A stretch of 64,000 nt of DNA from the human T2T-CHM13v2.0 reference genome, Homo sapiens. The notes below the pieces were generated by a model that did no database searches, was not told where the DNA came from, and saw only the letters and a program-made list of their open reading frames with translations. A program made the position numbers and the translations under genes. Each line of letters starts with the position of its first letter. Within the stretch, counting starts at the first letter, position 1. Positions 56,753 through 64,000 of the stretch are shown here, one piece after another. Where the stretch lies: NCBI RefSeq assembly GCF_009914755.1, contig NC_060948.1. The stretch is one strand, 5' to 3'.

Positions 56753-57651
56753 ATTATATCTATACATTATGTATATAATAATATATAGAATCATATATAT
56801 AATATATGTAACATATATATATAATACTGTTTTACATCCTGCAGTTATATTATATATATTATATGTATTATAATAACTGGTAATGTATAAGTATTATATT
56901 TATACACTATGACATATAATAATTATATTTTATGCCGTATATAATATATAATATATATCATATACCAAATATATTATATGGTTAATATACGAATTAAATA
57001 TATAATATACATTATAAATATTATATCTACGTTATATATAACATTCACTATAGTTAATATATATATTATATCTAGCTTATATATAATATAAAATAACATA
57101 TAATAATATATAACTGTATATATAAAATATGACATATAATATATATTATATTTTATGACATATATATGATATGTATTATATATTATATATAATATGTTGT
57201 AAGTATAATACATGTATTAAATATATATTATATGTCTATGTTATTAATTATATGTAATATATGTTATATATTACATATTATATATAGTATACACATGTTA
57301 CATAGAATATATTCTATGTTACATATAACGTAGAATTTATTATGTGTAATATAATGTATGGCATATATTATAAATTCCTTATAATATACAATATGTGGAA
57401 TGTGATATATATAACTTGTAATATATGATATACAATATATGTTATATAACATACAATATATGATACATAATATATATGGTATAGAATATATATTTTATGT
57501 TATATATTATATATGTTTTATATTTTATTATATATAAATATTTAAAATTATATATAACTGTATAATGTTATACGTAAATATATAATATACTACATATAAC
57601 CATATATTATGTTATATAAAATTTTATTACATACTTTCCATAATATATCAT
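56753..57651. repeat. Terminal diverged AT-rich module, truncated at ~900 bp by DYZ1
   Basis: Colinear with 54370-55270 and ends at TAATATATCAT where GGAAT satellite begins. Confidence 0.88.
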
Positions 57652-59726
57652 ATGGACTCCTTTGGAATGGTCTAGTATACAATGCAATCGACTGGCAGGG
57701 AATTAAAAGGAATGCAATCGAATGGATTGCACAGGAATGCAATGGACTCGAATAGATTGGAAACAGAATGCAAAGGAATGGAATGGAATAGTATGGAATG
57801 GAATGGAAAGGAATGGAGTGGAATAGACTAGAGTAGAATGGAATTTACTCGAAAGCAATGGACTGGAATAGAACTTTATTGAATGGGCTGGAATCAAACG
57901 GAATGGAATGCTGTGCAATCAAATAGAATGAAAGAGAATCAAATCCAATCGAATGGATTGGAAAGGAATTGACTGAAATGGAATGGACTAGAATGGAAGG
58001 CAAAGGAATGGAATCTATAGGAATGGACTGTAATGGAATGGAATGGAATGGGTTGGAATGGAATCGAATGGAATGGACTGCAATAGAAAGGATTCGAATG
58101 GAATGAAAAAGAATTGAATGGAATAGAACAGAATGGAATCAAATCGAGTGAAATGGAATGGAATAGAAAAGAATGGACTCGAATGGAATGGAATGTCATG
58201 GAATGGCATCAAATGGAATGGAATCGAATGCAATGGAATGCTATGGAATGGAATGGAATGCATTGGAATGGAATGTCCTCTAATGGAATGGATTCGAGTG
58301 GAATGGAATCGAATATAATGGAGTCGAATGAAATGGAATTGAAAGGAATGGGACTGAATACAATGGAATATACTGGAATGTAATGTAATGAACTCGAATG
58401 TAATTGACTGGAATGGAATGTACATGAATGGAATGTAATCGAATGGAAAGTAATCCAATGGAATAGAATCTAATGCAATAAAATCGACTCAGATAGAGTA
58501 GAATGTAATGGAATGGAGTGCAGTGCAATGGAATGGAATGGAATGGAATGCAGTGGAATGGAATGGAATGGAATGCAATGGAATGGAATGTATTAGAATG
58601 TAATGAACATTAATGGAATGTACTCGAATGGATTCGACTGGAATGGAATGTTCTGTAAGTTTATGGACTCCAATGGAATGGATTCGAAAGGAATGGAATC
58701 GAACGGAATGGAATCTAATGGAATGGAATTAAATGGAAATGAATCAAATTGAATAGCACGGAATTGAATTGAATGTAATAGAATGCAATGTAATCTAATG
58801 AAACAGAAAGGAAAGGAATGGAATGGAATGGAATGGGCTGGAATGGAATGGAATAGAAACGAATGGAATGGAATCGAACTAAAGAGACTGGAATGGAATG
58901 CACTGGAATGGAAGGGAGTGTAATGGAAGGTTCTCGAAAAAAATGGAATCGAATGGAATGAAATTGAATGGAACGGAATAGAGTCGAATGGAATTGAATG
59001 GAATGGAATGGACTAGAGTGAAATGGAATCGAACCACAAGGAATGGACAGGAATAGAATGGTCTCGAATTGAATGGAATCGTATGGAATGGCATCAAACG
59101 GAATGGAATGGACAGCCACGGAATGGAATGCACTCGAATGCAATGGAGTCGAACTAATGGACTGGAATAGAATGGACTCGACTGGTACGGACTCCAATGG
59201 AATGGAATCGAATGGAAGGGAATCGAACGGAATGGACTCGAAGGGAAAAGACTGCAATGGAAAGGTCTCGAATGGAATGGAAATTAATGGAATGGAATGG
59301 AATCGAATGAAGTGGAGTCAAAAGGAATGGAATCGAATGGCAAGAAATCGAATGTAATGGAATCGCAAGGAATTGATGTGAACGGAACGGAATGGAATGG
59401 AATCCAAAGGAATGGAATAGAATGGAATGGAATCAAATGGAAAGGACTCGAATGGAAATCACTCGAATAGAATGCAATTTAATAAAATAGGATCAAATGT
59501 AATGGAATGGAATGGAAAGGAATCGAAACGAAAGGAATGGAGACAGATGGAATGGAATGGAACAGAGAGCAATGGTATAGAATGGAATGGAATCATCTGG
59601 AATGGAAATGAATGGAATGGAATAACATGAAATGGAATGGAATGGAATGGAATACCCTTGAATTAAATGGACTGGAATGGAATGGACTCGAACAGAGTGT
59701 AATGGAAAGTGTTGAAATAGAATGGA
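57652..59726 (+). repeat. Junction-proximal truncated DYZ1 unit (~2075 bp)
   Basis: ATGGACTC[C/G]TTTGGAATGGTCTAGTAT occurs at 57652, 59727 and 63271, giving spacings of 2075 and then 3544 bp. Confidence 0.9.
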
Positions 59727-62700
59727 ATGGACTCGTTTGGAATGGTCTAGTATGCAATGCAATCGACTGGCAGGGAATCAAAAGGAATGTAATCGAATGG
59801 ATTGGACTGGAATGCAATGGACTCGAATAGATTGGAAACGGAATGCAAAGGAATGGAATGGAATAGTATGGAATGGAATGGAAAGGAATGGAGTGGAATA
59901 GACTAGAGTGGAATGGAATGGACTGGAAAGCAATGGACTGGAATGGAACTTTCTTGAATGGACTGGAATCAAACGGAATGGAATGCAATGCAATCAAATG
60001 TCATGGAATAAAATAGAATGCAAGAGAATCAAATGGAATTGAATCGAATGGAATCGAATGGATTGGAAAGGAATAGAATGGAATGGAATGGAATTGACTC
60101 AAATGGAATGGACTAGAATGGAATGGATTCGAATGGAAGGCAAAGGAATGGAATCTATTGGAATGGACTGTAATGGAATGGAATGGAAGGGATTGGAATG
60201 GACTCGAATGGAATGGACTGCAATAGAAAGGATTCGAATGGAATGAAAAAGAATTGAATGGAATAGAACAGAATGGAATCAAATCGAATGAAATGGAATG
60301 GAATAGAAAGGAATGGAATGAAATGGAATGGAAAGGATTCGAATGGAATGCAATCGAATGGAATGCAATCGAATGGAATGGAATCGAACGGAATGGAATA
60401 AAATGGAAGAAAACTGGCAAGAAATGGAATCGAAATGAATGGAGTGTTATGGAACGGACTCAAAAGGAATTGAATGTAATAGAATGGAGTGGAGTGGACT
60501 CGAATATAATGGACTGGAATGGAATGAAATCACATGGAATGGGAACGAATGGAATGGAATGGAAAGGAATGGAATGGAATGGAAAGGAATCGAATGGAAG
60601 GGAATGAAATTGAATCAACAGGAATGGAAGGGAATAGAATAGACGGTAATGGAATGGACTCGAATAGAATGGACACGAATGCTCAAATTGAATGGACTCG
60701 AATGGAATGGAAACGAAAGGAATGTCATCGAATGGAATTGAATCGATTGGAATGAAATCGCATAGAATGGAGTGGAATCAAATGGAATTGAATCGAAAGG
60801 AAAGGAAGCGAATGGACTGAAATGAAATGGAATGGAATTGAATGGAAAGTAATGCAATGGAATAGAATGGAACGAAATTTCACGGAATGGAATCAAACTG
60901 AATGGAATCAAATCAATGGAATATAATCAAATGGAATGGAAAGGAATTGAATGGAGTAGATTGGATTGGATGGGATTGGAATGAAACGTACTGGAAAGGA
61001 CTCGAATTTCATGAAACGGAATGGAATGAATTGGAACGGAATGGACTCGAAAGGAATGGAATGACATGGAATGGCATCAAATGGAATGGCATCAAATGGA
61101 ATGGAATCAAATGCAATGGAATGCTATGGAATGGAATGGAATGCATTGGAATGGAATGTCCTCTAATGGAATGGATTCGAGTGGAATGGAATCGAATATA
61201 ATGGAGTCGAATGAAATGGAATTGAAAGGAATGGGATCGAATAGAATGGAATATACTGGAATGTAATGTAATGAACACGAATGTAATTGACTGGAATGGA
61301 ATGTACATGAATGGAATGTAATCGAATGGAAAGTAATCCAATGGAATAGAATGTAATGCAATAAAATCGACTCAAATAGAATAGAATGTAATGGAATGGA
61401 GTGCAGTGCAATGGAATGGAATGGAATGGAATGCAATGGAATGGAATGGAATGGAATGGAATGGGATGGAATGGTATGGAATGGATAGTAATGGACTGGA
61501 GTGAAATGGACTGGAAAGGACTGGACTCAAATTGAAAGGGCTCGAAAGGAAAGGAGTCAAATGGAATGGTCTGGAATGGAATGAACACGAATGTAATGCA
61601 ATCCAATAGAATGGAATCGAATGGCATGGAATATAAAGAAATGGAATCGAAGAGAATGGAAACAAATGGAATGGAATTGAATGGAATGGGAATGAATGGA
61701 GTGAAATTGTATGCAGTAGAAGAGAATAGAATGCAATGGAAGCGAAAGGAAAGGAATGGATTGGAATGGAATGGAATTCATTGGAATGGAAGGGAATGTA
61801 GTGTAATGGACAGGCCTGGAATAAAGTGGAATGCTACGGTCTCGAATGGAATAAAAATGTATGGAATGGAATGCAGTGAAACGGAATCGAATGTCATAGA
61901 ATGTAATGGAATGCAAAAAAATGGAATCCAAAATCATTGACTGGAAAGGCTGGGTGTCGAAAGGAATTGACTCCAATGGAATGGAATCTAAAGGAATGGA
62001 AGTGAATAGAATCGAACTAAATCGAATGGAATGGAATTGATAGGAACGGAATGGAAAGGAATGCAATGATTTGGCATGGAATGGAATCGAATGGCATCGA
62101 ATGGAATGGAATGGAATGCAATGGAATGGAATGTATTAGAATGTAATGAACTTTAATGGAATGTACTCGAATGGATTCGACTGGAATGGAATGTTCTGGA
62201 AGTGAATGGACTCCAATGGAATGGATTCGAAAGGAATGGGACCGAACGGAATGGAATCTAATGGAATGGAATTAAATGGAAATGAATCAAATTGAATAGC
62301 ACGGAATTGAATTGAATGGAATGGAATGCAATGGAATCTAATGAAACGGAAAGGAAAGGAATGGAATGGAATGGAATGGGCTGGAATGGAAAGGAATCGA
62401 AACGAATGGAATGGAATCGAACTGAAGAGACTGGAATGGAATGCACTGGAATGGAAGGGAGTGTAATGGAAGGTTCTGGAAAAAAATGGAATCGAATGGA
62501 ATGGAATTGAATGGAAAGGAATAGAGTCGAATGGAATTGAATGGAATGGAATGGAATAGAGTGAAATGGAATCGAACCACAAGGAATGGACAGGAATAGA
62601 ATGGTCTCGAATTGAATGGAATCGTATGGAATGGCATCAAACGGAATGGAATGGACAGCCACGGAATGGAATGCACTCCAATGCAATGGAGTCGAAACTA

Positions 62701-63270
62701 ATGGACTGGAATAGAATGGACTCGACTGGTACGGACTCCAATGGAATGGAATCGAATGGAAGGGAATCGAACGGAATGGACTCGAAGGGAAAAGACTGCA
62801 ATGGAAAGGTCTCGAATGGAATGGAAATTAATGGAATGGAATGGAATCGAATGAAATGGAGTCAAAAGGAATGGAATCGAATGGCAAGAAATGGAATGTA
62901 ATGGAATCGCAAGGAATTGATGTGAACGGAACGGAATGGAATGGAATCCAAAGGAATGGAATAGAATGGAATGGAATCGAATGGAAAGGACTCGAATGGA
63001 AATCACTCGAATAGAATGCAATTTAATAAAATAGGATCAAATGTAATGGAATGGAATGGAAAGGAATCGAAACGAAAGGAATGGAGACAGATGGAATGGA
63101 ATGGAACAGAGAGCAATGGTATAGAATGGAATGGAATCATCTGGAATGGAATTGAATGGAATGGAATAATATGAAATGGAATGGAATGGAATGGAATGCC
63201 CTTGAATTAAATGGACTGGAATGGAATGGACTCGAACAGAGTGGAATGGAAAGTGTTGAAATAGAATGGA
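59727..63270 (+). repeat. Full-length DYZ1 unit (~3544 bp)
   Basis: One complete period between homologous motifs; contains the HaeIII and EcoRI sites. Confidence 0.9.
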
Positions 63271-64000
63271 ATGGACTCGTTTGGAATGGTCTAGTATGCA
63301 ATGCAATCGACTGGCAGGGAATCAAAAGGAATGTAATCGAATGTATTGGACTGGAATGCAATGGACTCGAATAGATTGGAAACGGAAAGCAAAGGAATGG
63401 AATGGAATAGTATGGAATGGAATGGAAAGGAATGGAGTGGAATAGACTAGAGTGGAATGGAATGGACTCGAAAGCAATGGACTGGAATGGAACTTTCTTG
63501 AATGGACTGGAATCAAACAGAATGGAATGCAATGCAATCAAATGTCATGGAATAAAATAGAATGCAAGAGAATCAAATGGAATTGAATCGAATGGAATCG
63601 AATGGATTGGAAAGGAATAGAATGGAATGGAATGGAATTGACTCAAATGGAATGGACTAGAATGGAATGGATTCGAATGGAAGGCAAAGGAATGGAATCT
63701 ATTGGAATGGACTGTAATGGAATGGAATGGAAGGGATTGGAATGGACTCGAATGGAATGGACTGCAATAGAAAGGATTCGAATGGAATGAAAAAGAATTG
63801 AATGGAATAGAACAGAATGGAATCAAATCGAATGAAATGGAATGGAATAGAAAGGAATGGAATGAAATGGAATGGAAAGGATTCGAATGGAATGCAATCG
63901 AATGGAATGCAATCGAATGGAATGGAATCGAACGGAATGGAATAAAATGGAAGAAAACTGGCAAGAAATGGAATCGAAATGAATGGAGTGTTATGGAACG

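Larger units (their letters stand above)
57652..64000 (+). repeat. DYZ1 / HSat3 satellite array (diverged GGAAT pentamers, ~3.54 kb higher-order unit), open at the right window edge
   Basis: Degenerate (GGAAT)n with many TCGA variants. Unique motifs recur 3543-3544 bp apart (GTCTCGAATT 59061/62604; identical ORFs at 60001/63545). HaeIII GGCC at 61813 and EcoRI GAATTC at 61774. The minus strand from 61814 reads CCTGTCCATTACACTACATTCCC, matching my recollection of the start of the classical DYZ1 HaeIII unit. Confidence 0.96.

Noticed and set aside
57703-63964. Many overlapping ORFs rich in MEWNG / IPFHS
   Set aside because: These are translations of (GGAAT)n/(ATTCC)n, which has no stop codons in pure form; a known HSat2/3 artefact.

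Overview
This window is human Y-chromosome Yq12 heterochromatin and contains no credible genes. Positions 1-57651 are the end of a DYZ2 (HSat1B) array of 24 head-to-tail ~2.42 kb units. Each unit has a ~1.56 kb AT-rich module, a minus-strand AluY-like element and a ~570 bp HSATI module. At 57651/57652 the array switches abruptly to DYZ1 (HSat3, GGAAT on + strand, measured period ~3544 bp), and the first DYZ1 unit is an internally deleted ~2075 bp variant. All ORFs in the track are artefacts of satellite sequence, and I found no new protein-coding system. The interesting signal is structural: two DYZ2 haplotype classes with recombinant units, nascent dimeric higher-order repeats, a variant tract shared 41 kb apart, older diverged units on both sides of the junction, and a decayed inverted symmetry across the AT-rich module. 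All comparisons were done by eye, so counts are approximate.
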